A DNA stretch of 64,000 nt, from positions 186,001-250,000 of the IMG/VR virus record IMGVR_UViG_3300042367_000228, one strand, 5' to 3'. Position numbers and translations under genes: made by a program. Positions 21,601 through 31,174 of the stretch are shown piece after piece (positions within the stretch are counted from its first letter, which is position 1; every line of letters begins with the position of its first letter). Under the pieces are notes generated by a model that saw only the letters and a program-made list of their open reading frames with translations, was not told the DNA's origin and did not search any database.

Positions 21601-22674
21601 GAGATAAAAATGCCATCTAGCAATGTTGAAAATACATTTAGCATGTATGAATTAGAATCATATGCAGACAGTGATATTTATGTAACATATCCAATAGCAA
21701 CAACTAACAGTTCAGCTGCTGCATTAAATGGAACTAATTTACAATTCTTTAATAGTACTTCAATTTTACGTAGAGATGGATATCTAGGAGCTAGTGTTAC
21801 TAGAGAAATTTCTGTACCAGCTGCAGGAACTAGTGGTAATTTATTAACTAGTAATGGGTCAACATGGGTTAGTTCAGTAGCTCCAAAATCCGGTTTAGGA
21901 TCTACACCAATTAAAACATCAGTATCACCTGCTTATACTGCATCAGCATACGATTTAGTTAGATGCGACACTACAACTGCTGCATTTTCAATTACATTTC
22001 CAGCTTCCCCTACTGATGGTGATTTAATTGGGGTTGTTGATGTTGGTGGAACATTTGCTACAAAGAATTTAACAATTAATCGAGGAGGAACAACTACGAT
22101 TGAGGGCGATACTTCGGTTATATTAGATATTAGCAATGCGTATGTTGAATTTGTATATAACTCAACAGGCACTAATTGGAAATTATTAGAAACACCAGTT
22201 AACGTAGCAGGAGCAGTATCCACATCAGTTACGTTATCGAGTTTAACTAAAGGCACTGGATCAGTATTAACTAATGCAATAGCTGGAACAGATTATGTTG
22301 CACCTAATGTTGCAACGTTATTTACAAAACCACAACGTGCATCTTTATCAACTGAAACTGCACCTAGTTCCGGTACAGTTACATGGGATTTAACATCAGA
22401 TCAAGTTTTTAGGATTAACTTAAATTCTAATATTACTACATTTTCTGTAACTGGTACATTAAGTTCATTGATAGGGTATCAGTATCAAGTTATTGTTAGA
22501 TACAATGGAGGAACATCGATAGCGTGGAACAATAATATGAAATGGCCAAGTGGAGCTTCACCGATGCTAACTGGAATTTCTAATAAAGTTGATGTGTTAA
22601 CATTTATCGTAACTTCGATAGACGGTACTAACTATTATCTAGTTAATACCGGTATTAATCAGAATGTGGGGTAA
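18649..22674 (+). CDS. Long tail fibre protein
   Basis: 1341 aa, Thr/Gly/Ser rich, repeated RIDSxGNVGIGTT motifs; AAGGAG RBS. Confidence 0.8.
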   Translation: MSSFIGTGPNQVPSNSDLGRLAYLDYTGLQDVGTYIPTIASATSISPLTEIVFVSGTTTITTIVPPPLFVNGGRITLIPTAKFSIAATDNVAIAISAEVSKPIILTYVASQSKWYPSYGNTVNRVTVTAPATGSTLTIADNKTLTVNNTLTFSGTDSKTLTVNKNVTLDGVDGKTLTLNAGITVNTTSSNAVIVDFVTGGTVVFATAGINQFAASSTTSAQLAGVMSDKTGTGSLVFGTSPAFTTSITTASTSFDLFNTGATTLNIGGAATTLKLGASSGSTYIGNSMLVGASTGTITGKLHLVTPALTGAVGDRQTIARFQTTQSGNTSLLDISSFRDSTSVIGTNGTVAVGDWVTAGTRIQQQIDSTWMAWQQFNGTLNPQGIAWGTGNSTVSPQAVTEKMRLDNNGTLGLGTGSSTLATSVTHLQLPTGAVITASTGNQLTIGSNAVWNSAWKYATTSAAAYYQVYNGGHSWTTAASGTAGSNITFNEIMKLDSSGNCYHIGSALELRQINNSLRIRAVNSSSETTRYPGLEAFNYSGNLAATADNGGFPVLELYRSRGTEAAKLPVAINDTLGSMTGWGWDTSVFNDVCRINFLADNTFSAADARGRIEFQTQTGTTLSTKMIIDSSGNVGIGTTGSLSPKFQVVGSSTFSSQPNVAAVFGSAVTSDLLLGSINGNAPFIASQGAYPLLMYTNATERVRIDSTGNVGIGTTTPGYKLDVVTTGVRFQSGTAETNIILGPQTNQGYVYGNSTQIGFYSATTSANFSVSKDSANPGIGINSGTNGDITFSSSNTTRARIVGTNGNFLIGTNTDGGYKLQVNGTFNVNNTVTFTATTTATSTSTGALRVSGGVGIAENVYAGGSISAVGTIYSGSSATISTDLSVGGRSLLAVTPKYINSFTIGANDTTWWRIASMDGNNQPRYSRFILSTTNHLNMEFIFSNGAGGDNGHVEVRVRGHYSYWSSYPWYVRYNPTGTNLPSYVEIKMPSSNVENTFSMYELESYADSDIYVTYPIATTNSSAAALNGTNLQFFNSTSILRRDGYLGASVTREISVPAAGTSGNLLTSNGSTWVSSVAPKSGLGSTPIKTSVSPAYTASAYDLVRCDTTTAAFSITFPASPTDGDLIGVVDVGGTFATKNLTINRGGTTTIEGDTSVILDISNAYVEFVYNSTGTNWKLLETPVNVAGAVSTSVTLSSLTKGTGSVLTNAIAGTDYVAPNVATLFTKPQRASLSTETAPSSGTVTWDLTSDQVFRINLNSNITTFSVTGTLSSLIGYQYQVIVRYNGGTSIAWNNNMKWPSGASPMLTGISNKVDVLTFIVTSIDGTNYYLVNTGINQNVG

Positions 22675-22680
22675 TTGGAT

Positions 22681-25635
22681 ATGTTTACATTAATAGCAAA
22701 CGGTAAATTAAATGCTCCTTACGTAGACGATGTATTTTCAACTTATTTATATACTGGTACTGGTGCTGCAAACACTATTAATAACGGAATTAATTTATTA
22801 ACATACTCGGAATCTATTCAATTTAATACACCAACGACAATGAACAATTCTACTTCGGCTGTAACACTAAATTCAGTAGCATATAGTGCGAGCCTAAATA
22901 TATTTGTTGCTGTTGGATATAATGGTGCAAATTATCCAGTGTTTGCAACATCAACCGATGGGTCTACTTGGACTACTCCGGCATTAATGAATGGTTCTAC
23001 TACAATTGCATATTTAAGAGCTGTATCATTTACTTATGGTATATTTATTGCTGTTGGTTTTAACAACAGCACTATGCCAGTATATGCAACGTCAGCTAAC
23101 GGAACTTCGTGGACAACTCCGGCTTCTTGGGGAACCATAGCTGACAACGGAGCTGCTAGAGCAATTGCAGTAAATAGCTCTGGTAAGATGGTTGTAGTTG
23201 GGTCTAATTCTATGGGAGAACCTGTATTTTCAACATCTGTTAACGGAACTTCGTGGACAACAATGGCACGAATGAACGGTTCTACTACGGCAGCAACTAT
23301 GAGGTCAGTAGCTGTTAATAGTGCTGGTAAATTTGTTGCTGTTGGGTATGATAATTCAAGTTATCCAGTTTTTGCAACATCAACCGATGGGTCTACTTGG
23401 ACTACACCAGCAACAATAAATGGTACAACTACAGTTACATACATGTTTTCAGTAACATACAGTTCAGTGTTAAATAAATTTGTCGCAGTTGGAAGAAATT
23501 CAACAATGCAACCAATGTTTGCAACATCAACTGATGGGTCTACTTGGACTACGCCGGCAGTGATGAATAATTATAGTTTATCTGCATCTATGATGTCGGT
23601 AATAGTTAATAGTGCTGGTAAATTTGTTGCTGTTGGGTTTAATAATTCAACTTATCCAGTTTTTGCAACATCAACCGATGGTTCTACGTGGACAACGCCA
23701 ACTGTGTTTTCTTCTTCTACATTAGCTGTAAGTTCTGCTGTATTAAAAACTGGATATAATGATATTGTTGTTGTAGGAGTTACTACTCAATCATATCCTG
23801 CAGTAACAATCGGAACTTACCCTTCACTTGGTACGTATTCTGGAGGATTAGTTTGGATTAAAGATAGATCACGTGCAACAGCTGGTCATGTATTATATGA
23901 TACTATAAAAGGTGGTGGTTATTTTTTAACACCATCTGGAAGTCCTAATGGGTCAATCGCAAGTACTGCGGCATATAGTTATGGTGCAGGTAGTACAGAT
24001 ATTAGCTTTACGTCATCCGGTTTTAAACTTGGTACTGATACAGCATGGGCAGTTAATAACTATTACACTAGTGATCAATATGTCTCATGGACATTTCGCA
24101 AAGCCGCAAAGTTTTTTGATATAGTAACTTATACAGGGGATGGAACAATAAGCAAATTACTCAACCATTCACTTACAGTTGCTCCAGGAATGGTTATTAT
24201 AAAAAATATAAGTACAACTTCAAATTGGGGCGTATGGCATGCTCAAGGTCGAGGTGCAGGGTTGGATGGAGCGTTAGCATTAAATTTAATAGATGCTGCA
24301 ATCATACCATCGTTTAGCGTATCTGAAACTACATTTAGAGTGTACCAAGGTACATCTAATTTTAAAATGGACGCTAACATTTCTGGGAATACTTACGTCG
24401 CCTACTTATTCGCTCACGACACGTCAGCTAATGGGGTCATTCAGTGTGGGTCGTTTACTACGGGGGTGGCAGGAACTACAACTTCAGTGAATTTAGGATG
24501 GGAACCACAATACGTTCTAATAAAAGGCGTCGGCGCGTCAAATTGGTTAATTATTGACGCGATGCGAGGATGGTCAAACTCTTTAAATGCAGACCAAATG
24601 ATTCAAGCCAATAGTAGCGGTGCAGAAAATGTAGGGAATGAATACGGTAATCCGACTGCTGTTGGTTTTGATTTGCCAGTTTCATCTTTTGGTGCTGCTA
24701 CGACATGGATCTACATGGCAATCCGTCGCCCAAACAAGCCGCCTACAACGGGGACGCAGGTGTTTAACGCAGTGTCATGTTCATCATCCGCTCAAGTTGT
24801 ATTAAGCGGGTTTCCGATTGACACGGCTTTTTGGAAGGCAACTAATATTAGCGAACTATTTGCTTTTATGGATAGGTTAAGAGGGAGTAATGTGACACTT
24901 GCGTCAAATTCAAGTCAAAGTGAAGCAGATTTAGCTTATTTCACACCGGCAGGATATTATGGGTTTGACCAAAGCAATGGGTTTAGACGAGGACTTGGTT
25001 CTGGGAGTTACATCAATTATTTCTTCAAACGCGCCCCCGGATTCTTTGATGTGGTTTGTTATACAGCGACTGCAACTACTGTAAAATCTCATTCACTTGG
25101 AGTTCCTCCTGAATTCGTACTAGTTAAAAATAGATCACAAATCTCAAATTGGTCTGTTGCTCATTTTGGTTCTGATAAAGCATTATATTTAGAAAGTAAT
25201 ATAGCATCTTACGGTTTAGCATCAGCTACTGGAATATCTACACCAACTGCATCATCTATAACCTTAGCATATAGTGCAGTCAATAATGTTGGGGATAATT
25301 ACGTCGCCTACCTATTCGCCACACTCGCTGGTATCAGCAAAGTGGGTTCTTATACGGGTAATGGAACAAGTCAGAATATTAATTGTGGATTTGCAGCAGG
25401 CTCAAGATTTGTCCTAATAAAACGTACAGATTCTACTGGTGACTGGTATGTTTGGGACACAGCTCGTGGCATTGTAACAGCAAACGATCCACATCTTTCA
25501 TTAAATACTACCACAGCCGAAGTAACTACAGACGATTCAATTGATCCATATTCTGCAGGATTCACAGTAAACCAAGTAGCAGCAACCAATATTAACGTCA
25601 CATCAGCAACATATATCTATCTAGCAATATCATAA
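22681..25635 (+). CDS. Tail fibre/receptor-binding protein with BNR-like repeats and duplicated C-terminal domain
   Basis: About six ATSTDGSTWTTP repeats; two FFDxVxYTG..HSLxVxP..YVAYLFA units. Confidence 0.75.
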   Translation: MFTLIANGKLNAPYVDDVFSTYLYTGTGAANTINNGINLLTYSESIQFNTPTTMNNSTSAVTLNSVAYSASLNIFVAVGYNGANYPVFATSTDGSTWTTPALMNGSTTIAYLRAVSFTYGIFIAVGFNNSTMPVYATSANGTSWTTPASWGTIADNGAARAIAVNSSGKMVVVGSNSMGEPVFSTSVNGTSWTTMARMNGSTTAATMRSVAVNSAGKFVAVGYDNSSYPVFATSTDGSTWTTPATINGTTTVTYMFSVTYSSVLNKFVAVGRNSTMQPMFATSTDGSTWTTPAVMNNYSLSASMMSVIVNSAGKFVAVGFNNSTYPVFATSTDGSTWTTPTVFSSSTLAVSSAVLKTGYNDIVVVGVTTQSYPAVTIGTYPSLGTYSGGLVWIKDRSRATAGHVLYDTIKGGGYFLTPSGSPNGSIASTAAYSYGAGSTDISFTSSGFKLGTDTAWAVNNYYTSDQYVSWTFRKAAKFFDIVTYTGDGTISKLLNHSLTVAPGMVIIKNISTTSNWGVWHAQGRGAGLDGALALNLIDAAIIPSFSVSETTFRVYQGTSNFKMDANISGNTYVAYLFAHDTSANGVIQCGSFTTGVAGTTTSVNLGWEPQYVLIKGVGASNWLIIDAMRGWSNSLNADQMIQANSSGAENVGNEYGNPTAVGFDLPVSSFGAATTWIYMAIRRPNKPPTTGTQVFNAVSCSSSAQVVLSGFPIDTAFWKATNISELFAFMDRLRGSNVTLASNSSQSEADLAYFTPAGYYGFDQSNGFRRGLGSGSYINYFFKRAPGFFDVVCYTATATTVKSHSLGVPPEFVLVKNRSQISNWSVAHFGSDKALYLESNIASYGLASATGISTPTASSITLAYSAVNNVGDNYVAYLFATLAGISKVGSYTGNGTSQNINCGFAAGSRFVLIKRTDSTGDWYVWDTARGIVTANDPHLSLNTTTAEVTTDDSIDPYSAGFTVNQVAATNINVTSATYIYLAIS

Positions 25636-25645
25636 AGGAAATAAA

Positions 25646-26128
25646 ATGGAAATTATATTCACAAAAACACAACAAGTAGTTTCTGAACAAGAATTTAGAA
25701 ACATGTATCCAAATACAAGTTTTCCATCGGTGTTAACAGCTGATGTATTAGCTGATTACGAAGCAGAGTCAGTTTTTGAAGGAAAACAAGTTAATCCATT
25801 ACCGCCATATGAATATTCATTTCGTAACGGAGTTGAAAAAATTAATGGTAAGTATTTTACTAAGTACAGTATAGGACCAATTTTTATAGATACTGATGAT
25901 AAAACTGCAGACGATCAACAAGCAGAATACAAAGCAACAATAGATGCGCAATTAGCATCTGGCATTAGAAATACTAGAAATCAATTATTAAAAGATAGTG
26001 ATTGGACTCAGATTTCGGATGCAACGGTTGATAAAGATGCATGGTTAGCATATAGATGTCAGTTAAGAGATATCACATTACAAAAAGGGTTCCCATTAAC
26101 TGTAAAGTGGCCAGCTGAACCAGTTTAA
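25646..26128 (+). CDS. Tail fibre assembly chaperone
   Basis: C-terminal RNQLLKDSDWTQ..W..YR..LRDI..WP motif. Confidence 0.8.
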   Translation: MEIIFTKTQQVVSEQEFRNMYPNTSFPSVLTADVLADYEAESVFEGKQVNPLPPYEYSFRNGVEKINGKYFTKYSIGPIFIDTDDKTADDQQAEYKATIDAQLASGIRNTRNQLLKDSDWTQISDATVDKDAWLAYRCQLRDITLQKGFPLTVKWPAEPV

Positions 26129-26156
26129 GTATAACAAAAATTTATAAGGAATAATA

Positions 26157-26753
26157 ATGGCAAAATCACTTTCAACACTTTTAGGTGCAACACCGGCTTC
26201 GTCGATATTAGTATCGTCACTTGCTGCTACTGGGACAAGAGATGCTACAACATACTTAGCAGGCGACGGTACATGGAAATCTTTATCGTTTGCTAATATT
26301 GCTGTAACAGGTACAAGAGATGCTACAACATACTTAGCAGGTGATGGTACTTTAAAATCGACTAAAGAAACATCTTATACAGTTAATGGAACCGGATCCG
26401 GAGCAATTTCTTTTAACGTAGATTTATCAGCAATAAATAATAGTACTACAATTATTATTAATTTAGCATCCGGCGTTACTGGAGCTACTATTACATTTAC
26501 TAATTTAACAACCCAAGCAACAAGTGGAACAGTGTTTTCATTTTCGGTAATTTTATCTCATGTAACTGCATTAACAACTACTGCATCGGTTGTATTTAAA
26601 CATGGTGCAGCAGTACTACCAAAATGGACTGGAAATATTGTTCCGCCTAGTACAGTTACTGCAAATGCAATCGACATATGGACATTTTTTACTTATGATG
26701 CAGGGACGTCATTAGTAGGTAGTTTATCAATGGCTGATGTTAGAAATGCATAA
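26157..26753 (+). CDS. Tail fibre-associated protein
   Basis: Tandem TGTRDATTYLAGDGT repeats; C-terminal WTGN.PP..T.NAIDIWTFFTYD domain. Confidence 0.6.
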   Translation: MAKSLSTLLGATPASSILVSSLAATGTRDATTYLAGDGTWKSLSFANIAVTGTRDATTYLAGDGTLKSTKETSYTVNGTGSGAISFNVDLSAINNSTTIIINLASGVTGATITFTNLTTQATSGTVFSFSVILSHVTALTTTASVVFKHGAAVLPKWTGNIVPPSTVTANAIDIWTFFTYDAGTSLVGSLSMADVRNA

Positions 26754-26762
26754 GGACATATA

Positions 26763-27563
26763 ATGTTTAAGAATTTTATTAAAAATTTATTTAAAGAACC
26801 GACAAATGTTGCTGATATTAGTCCGGTTACATTTAATTCTCCCGGAACATATAATCCTAGGTATGGAAAAGCAAAAGTAAAGTTTGTTGGTAGAGGCGGT
26901 TCTGGAAGTTACTCTCCAGGCTACCTAACTGGTTATTATAATACTTCTACTCAAAATGTAAATCAAACTACAAATTATATATCAGATGTTACATTCGTTG
27001 GCCACGCTAGTATAATTGCATATACTGCAAATGGTGTAGTTGCATATACAGACAGTGTTAATTCAAATCCAGGATCGATTGGAGCTCAAGCTGCTACTGG
27101 CGCCACAACAAATTCCGGTAACTGGGGACTGTATTATAGTTGGCCAAATGCTACTCCTGCAGCAGCTATAAATACAAGTAGTGTATGGACAATAACGTAT
27201 ACTAATAATGGTAATTCATCAATTGTATTCACACCCGGTTATTCAAATTCAAACTTTCCTAATGGTGGAAGGCTTGATCAAACTATTTCTGTTAATGTTG
27301 CATCTGCAGTACCACCTATTTCGATAGTACTAGGTGGAAATCCGGGAAATTGGAACCCATCTACTTTTGTACCAACTGGGTATCAACCAGAATCGGCATA
27401 TACCGGGGCGGCTTACACGTTTGACGGTATATCTGTTCCCGGTGGGTACGGTGGACAAGCTACTGATATTTCTATGGTTTCATTACCATATCGCGATTTA
27501 TGGTTGTCAACAACCGTAACTATCCCTAGTGGCGGTTATGCCACTATAAATTTTTCATTATAA
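26763..27563 (+). CDS. Gly/Thr-rich structural protein (fibre tip-like)
   Basis: 266-aa ORF in tail operon. Confidence 0.55.
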   Translation: MFKNFIKNLFKEPTNVADISPVTFNSPGTYNPRYGKAKVKFVGRGGSGSYSPGYLTGYYNTSTQNVNQTTNYISDVTFVGHASIIAYTANGVVAYTDSVNSNPGSIGAQAATGATTNSGNWGLYYSWPNATPAAAINTSSVWTITYTNNGNSSIVFTPGYSNSNFPNGGRLDQTISVNVASAVPPISIVLGGNPGNWNPSTFVPTGYQPESAYTGAAYTFDGISVPGGYGGQATDISMVSLPYRDLWLSTTVTIPSGGYATINFSL

Positions 27564-27572
27564 GGAGCTTTT

Positions 27573-27776
27573 ATGATAAAATATATTTTGTTTAATGAAG
27601 ATAATACAGAAGTTATTAATACAATTTTGTGTGACTACGAGTTAGATAACGCTACATTTGATGTAACTAGATTAGTTAAACTTCAATCAACCGAGCACTG
27701 GGATCAAACTACATCTACTATAGAAACGTCTATAAGACTAACAACGGCTGTTGCTACATCTGATACTCCTAGATAA
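27573..27776 (+). CDS. Hypothetical protein
   Basis: 67-aa ORF with AAGGAG RBS. Confidence 0.6.
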   Translation: MIKYILFNEDNTEVINTILCDYELDNATFDVTRLVKLQSTEHWDQTTSTIETSIRLTTAVATSDTPR

Positions 27777-27878
27777 TATCCTATGTAAAATAATATTAAT
27801 AAATATAGTACATGTCTATTAGACATGTACTATGCATGTTTAGGTAAGCATGCATTACCTACATTTTAAGTAAAAATT

Positions 27879-28478
27879 ATGTTTACAATACCAGATATAC
27901 ACTCAGCACTTGAGCCACTAGTTTGTTGGTCAGGTGCATTTACAGATGAAGAAATTGAAGAAATTATTAATATTGGTGATAATTTAGAATTCCAGCAAGC
28001 TAAAGTTGGAAATAACGGATTAGGAGAGGAAGACTTAAAAGTTAGAAATAGTTCAATTTCATGGATTGCTCCTTCTGAACATACACGTTGGCTTTTTAAT
28101 AAGATGGCAGAAATCGTTGCTAGAGTTAATACAGATAAATTTCAATTTGATCTATCCTATATTGATTCGTTTCAATACACCACATATGAAGTAGGTGGCT
28201 ATTACAAATGGCATATTGACGGTGATGCAAAAGATACGTATGGACCACAACATCGAAAATTAGGAATATCAGTAGTTCTATCTGAACCAGAAACCGAGTT
28301 TACAGGCGGCGAGTTCCAGATCATACCATCGGGTAATCCTGAACAAATAAATAGTACAAAAGTTAAAAAAGGAGATATACTAATGTTTCCTGCATTTGTA
28401 CCGCATCAAGTAACTGAAATTTTATCAGGTAAACGTAAAAGTTTAGTATGTTGGGTACTCGGTCCAAAATTTAAATAA
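27879..28478 (+). CDS. 2OG-Fe(II) oxygenase (PKHD/prolyl-hydroxylase-like)
   Basis: YKWHID..RKLG..FTGGEF..HQVT..GKRKSLV (HxD...H...R). Confidence 0.85.
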   Translation: MFTIPDIHSALEPLVCWSGAFTDEEIEEIINIGDNLEFQQAKVGNNGLGEEDLKVRNSSISWIAPSEHTRWLFNKMAEIVARVNTDKFQFDLSYIDSFQYTTYEVGGYYKWHIDGDAKDTYGPQHRKLGISVVLSEPETEFTGGEFQIIPSGNPEQINSTKVKKGDILMFPAFVPHQVTEILSGKRKSLVCWVLGPKFK

Positions 28479-28493
28479 CACTCAGAAGGGTAT

Positions 28494-29213
28494 ATGCCAT
28501 TAATTTCTATTTTTAAATCACCAATAATTGAATTCTTAACAACAGCAGAATTTGCAGACGTATTAATACCTCCTGCACCTGCTAATAAGTTTATTCCAGA
28601 TTGGTACAAATCTATCCCGTCACATTCTAAATCTAAGAGAGATGTAACCGGTGCACTAGCAATGACTGCTAAAAAATGTTTACCAATGTTAGACGCTATG
28701 ACACACGGTTATATTATCCCGTTAGCAGGAGATGTTCATATTAGAACAAACGACGATGCGTCATTAATTGATATTACCGAAAATCAGTTTATTAAACAAA
28801 CAGAAGAACATTCACAAGAGCAAGTAAGTCCTAATTTTCCATTTCCTAAAAAGCATTTAGTTAAGTTTATTAATCATTTTGTGATTAAAACTCCTCCCGG
28901 ATATTCATGTTTGTTTGTTTCTCCTATTAATCATTTAGAAACAAGATTTACAACATTAGGTGCAGTAGTTGATACTGATAAGTATGATAGAGAAATAAAT
29001 TTTCCTACAGTATGGATGGCTAATAATTATGATGACACTGTGCTAGCCGGAACTCCTATAATTCAATGTATTCCATTTAAACGTAGTACAACAATTGAAA
29101 AATATGAAGTACGACCATATACACCTGCAGAATGGCATAATCGAGAAGTTACACGATTAAAACAATCAAATCAATTGAGTTATTATGTTAAAAATCTTAG
29201 AGTAAAAAAATAA
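28494..29213 (+). CDS. Conserved phage hypothetical protein (beta-barrel, AGTP motif)
   Basis: KKCLPMLDAMTHGYIIP..KTPPGYS..AGTPIIQCIPFKR; paralogue of next gene. Confidence 0.7.
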   Translation: MPLISIFKSPIIEFLTTAEFADVLIPPAPANKFIPDWYKSIPSHSKSKRDVTGALAMTAKKCLPMLDAMTHGYIIPLAGDVHIRTNDDASLIDITENQFIKQTEEHSQEQVSPNFPFPKKHLVKFINHFVIKTPPGYSCLFVSPINHLETRFTTLGAVVDTDKYDREINFPTVWMANNYDDTVLAGTPIIQCIPFKRSTTIEKYEVRPYTPAEWHNREVTRLKQSNQLSYYVKNLRVKK

Positions 29214-29965
29214 TGCCAATATTATCTAGTATTAAATCAATGATTGTTGATATAGTAAATCCTCAACCTATGATTAAATTTAAATGCGATGTACCGGGAT
29301 ACGAAATTGGACAACCGGTTTGCCGTGCGATGGACGTAAAACCTGAATGGCTAGTTAATCAGATTAAAACTGCTGAAAAAAACAAGACTGTTAAATTTTC
29401 AGCATGTCCCGGAATGCATGATTATTATCGAGCTGGGTATATTATTCCAGCATGGGAAGATTTTGAAATTATAGTTACTAATAAAAAAGCAAATATTATT
29501 ATCGGAACCGGACACAATGCAGTATCTAAATCATTCGAACAAATGGACTACCGAGTAGTTGCAGGAGCTGCAAATATCGATGATGATATTGCGCATCATG
29601 CATTAAAGCTACCGTGCCCGTGGAAGGTATTTACTAAACCCGGGTATTCGGCATTTGTAATGCCTGCATTGTATCATTCTCCTTTTTTAAGAGATTTATT
29701 TTTATATCCCGGAATTAACGATTATGACGCGTATCACACTATTAACGTAATGTTTTCTCCATTAAGAGAAATGCATGTTAAGATATACGCAGGTACTCCA
29801 ATGTTGCAAGTAATCCCTTATAAACGAGAAACCATTACTGCCGAAGTTGGGTTAATCACTCAACAAGAAAATGGAATTGCAAATTTTACATACAGAACTA
29901 AAGCACCTGGGTTTTATAGAAAATGGCTTTATAAAAAGAAAACTACGGAAATTAATTACATTTAA
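29213..29965 (+). CDS. Conserved phage hypothetical protein, paralogue of 28494-29213
   Basis: CPGMHDYYRAGYIIP..TKPGYS..AGTPMLQVIPYKR. Confidence 0.7.
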   Translation: MPILSSIKSMIVDIVNPQPMIKFKCDVPGYEIGQPVCRAMDVKPEWLVNQIKTAEKNKTVKFSACPGMHDYYRAGYIIPAWEDFEIIVTNKKANIIIGTGHNAVSKSFEQMDYRVVAGAANIDDDIAHHALKLPCPWKVFTKPGYSAFVMPALYHSPFLRDLFLYPGINDYDAYHTINVMFSPLREMHVKIYAGTPMLQVIPYKRETITAEVGLITQQENGIANFTYRTKAPGFYRKWLYKKKTTEINYI

Positions 29966-31167
29966 CCAATCTTTAACAAAATAGTATCTTCATTAATGCG
30001 ACCGGTCAATTTAGTATCAGTTGCATTAATATCTTCTATAAACTTCCTTAACATTATTTTATTAGCAGCTTTAAACTCTTTAAGTTTTTCTTCTGGCTTA
30101 CGTATAGTCTTTTGAATACTCTTATGCTCATCATAACCTAAAATTGCAGCACCTTTTACAGTTAAAGGTCCTGTCATTTCATCTGCTATAAACTTACCTA
30201 ATTTTCTATTCTTAGTGTTGTATACCCATAATTCTTTAGCACCTATAATTTCTGTAGGATTAATAGAAACAAGTTTTAATGGTTCGAACGTTTTTAAGTA
30301 TTTTAATTTTTCAACTAGTTTATCTTTTGGTACAGATTTTTTAGCACGCGGTGCTTTGTTAACTTTACTTTCTTCAATTAACATAGTACACGCAGATTCG
30401 ACTTCTTTGTAAAATGCAATTAAACTTTTAATTTCTCGTTTACTTTTATGATTATATGCTTCTTGTAACTGTTCATACGCATCGTGCTTTTCTTCATCAG
30501 CAGGTTTACCAGCAGCAAGTTCTTCTAATTCCAACAAATTACGCGAGTACATGTCTTTAATAATACGTGCATGCGCTGCTTTTGCTTCCTTAGCTTTAAG
30601 CGCATTTATTACTTTAATAGCTTTAGGATCAAACGTAGCTGTGTTAGTTATCCATTGGTCTACAGCATCTTCAATGACTTCTGTCATACCAATTGCGGCT
30701 TCTTTTACACGAGCTTGTATATTAATAACTGCAGCTGGCTTTTTAACTTCACTTTCTTCATCTGGTTCAATGTCTACTTCACCTGCTTCAATTGTAGCAG
30801 CAATAGCATCTCTTAGCCAAGCAGCCGCATCTCTTCCGTTATTAAAAGTGTCATGAACAGCTGGCATACCTCTGAGGAGACAAGAAGCAATAGAACCCAT
30901 AGTAGTACTTGTGCGCCAATCTTTAGTAGCTTTATAAGTGTTAATATATTCTGTGTTACAGCCATTTAGTGTCATCCATTTAACAACTGCAGGTTTTAAA
31001 TCTTTTACGCTAAACTGCAGGTTATAGTATTGCATAGCGTTATGCCATTTTTTTCTATATTCAGTAGGCGTCCAATCTTCCCAGTTGTCCCAAACAGGAC
31101 TGCTATCCTTTTTAGCATTTTCACGTATTGTAACAGAGGTTACTTTTGTTTTTTTCTTAAGTGCCAT
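29962..31167 (-). CDS. Hypothetical protein (401 aa)
   Basis: Long ORF with RBS; no recognisable motif. Confidence 0.75.
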   Translation of the reverse strand: MALKKKTKVTSVTIRENAKKDSSPVWDNWEDWTPTEYRKKWHNAMQYYNLQFSVKDLKPAVVKWMTLNGCNTEYINTYKATKDWRTSTTMGSIASCLLRGMPAVHDTFNNGRDAAAWLRDAIAATIEAGEVDIEPDEESEVKKPAAVINIQARVKEAAIGMTEVIEDAVDQWITNTATFDPKAIKVINALKAKEAKAAHARIIKDMYSRNLLELEELAAGKPADEEKHDAYEQLQEAYNHKSKREIKSLIAFYKEVESACTMLIEESKVNKAPRAKKSVPKDKLVEKLKYLKTFEPLKLVSINPTEIIGAKELWVYNTKNRKLGKFIADEMTGPLTVKGAAILGYDEHKSIQKTIRKPEEKLKEFKAANKIMLRKFIEDINATDTKLTGRINEDTILLKIG

Positions 31168-31174
31168 ATTATTC

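Noticed and set aside
10672-22256. Numerous - strand ORFs inside the large tail genes
   Set aside because: Antisense shadows of Thr/Ser/Gly-rich coding sequence without RBS.
24390-25330. DGR template/variable repeat pair in the fibre gene
   Set aside because: The repeats are short in-frame domain duplications, differences are not adenine-specific, and there is no reverse transcriptase in the window.
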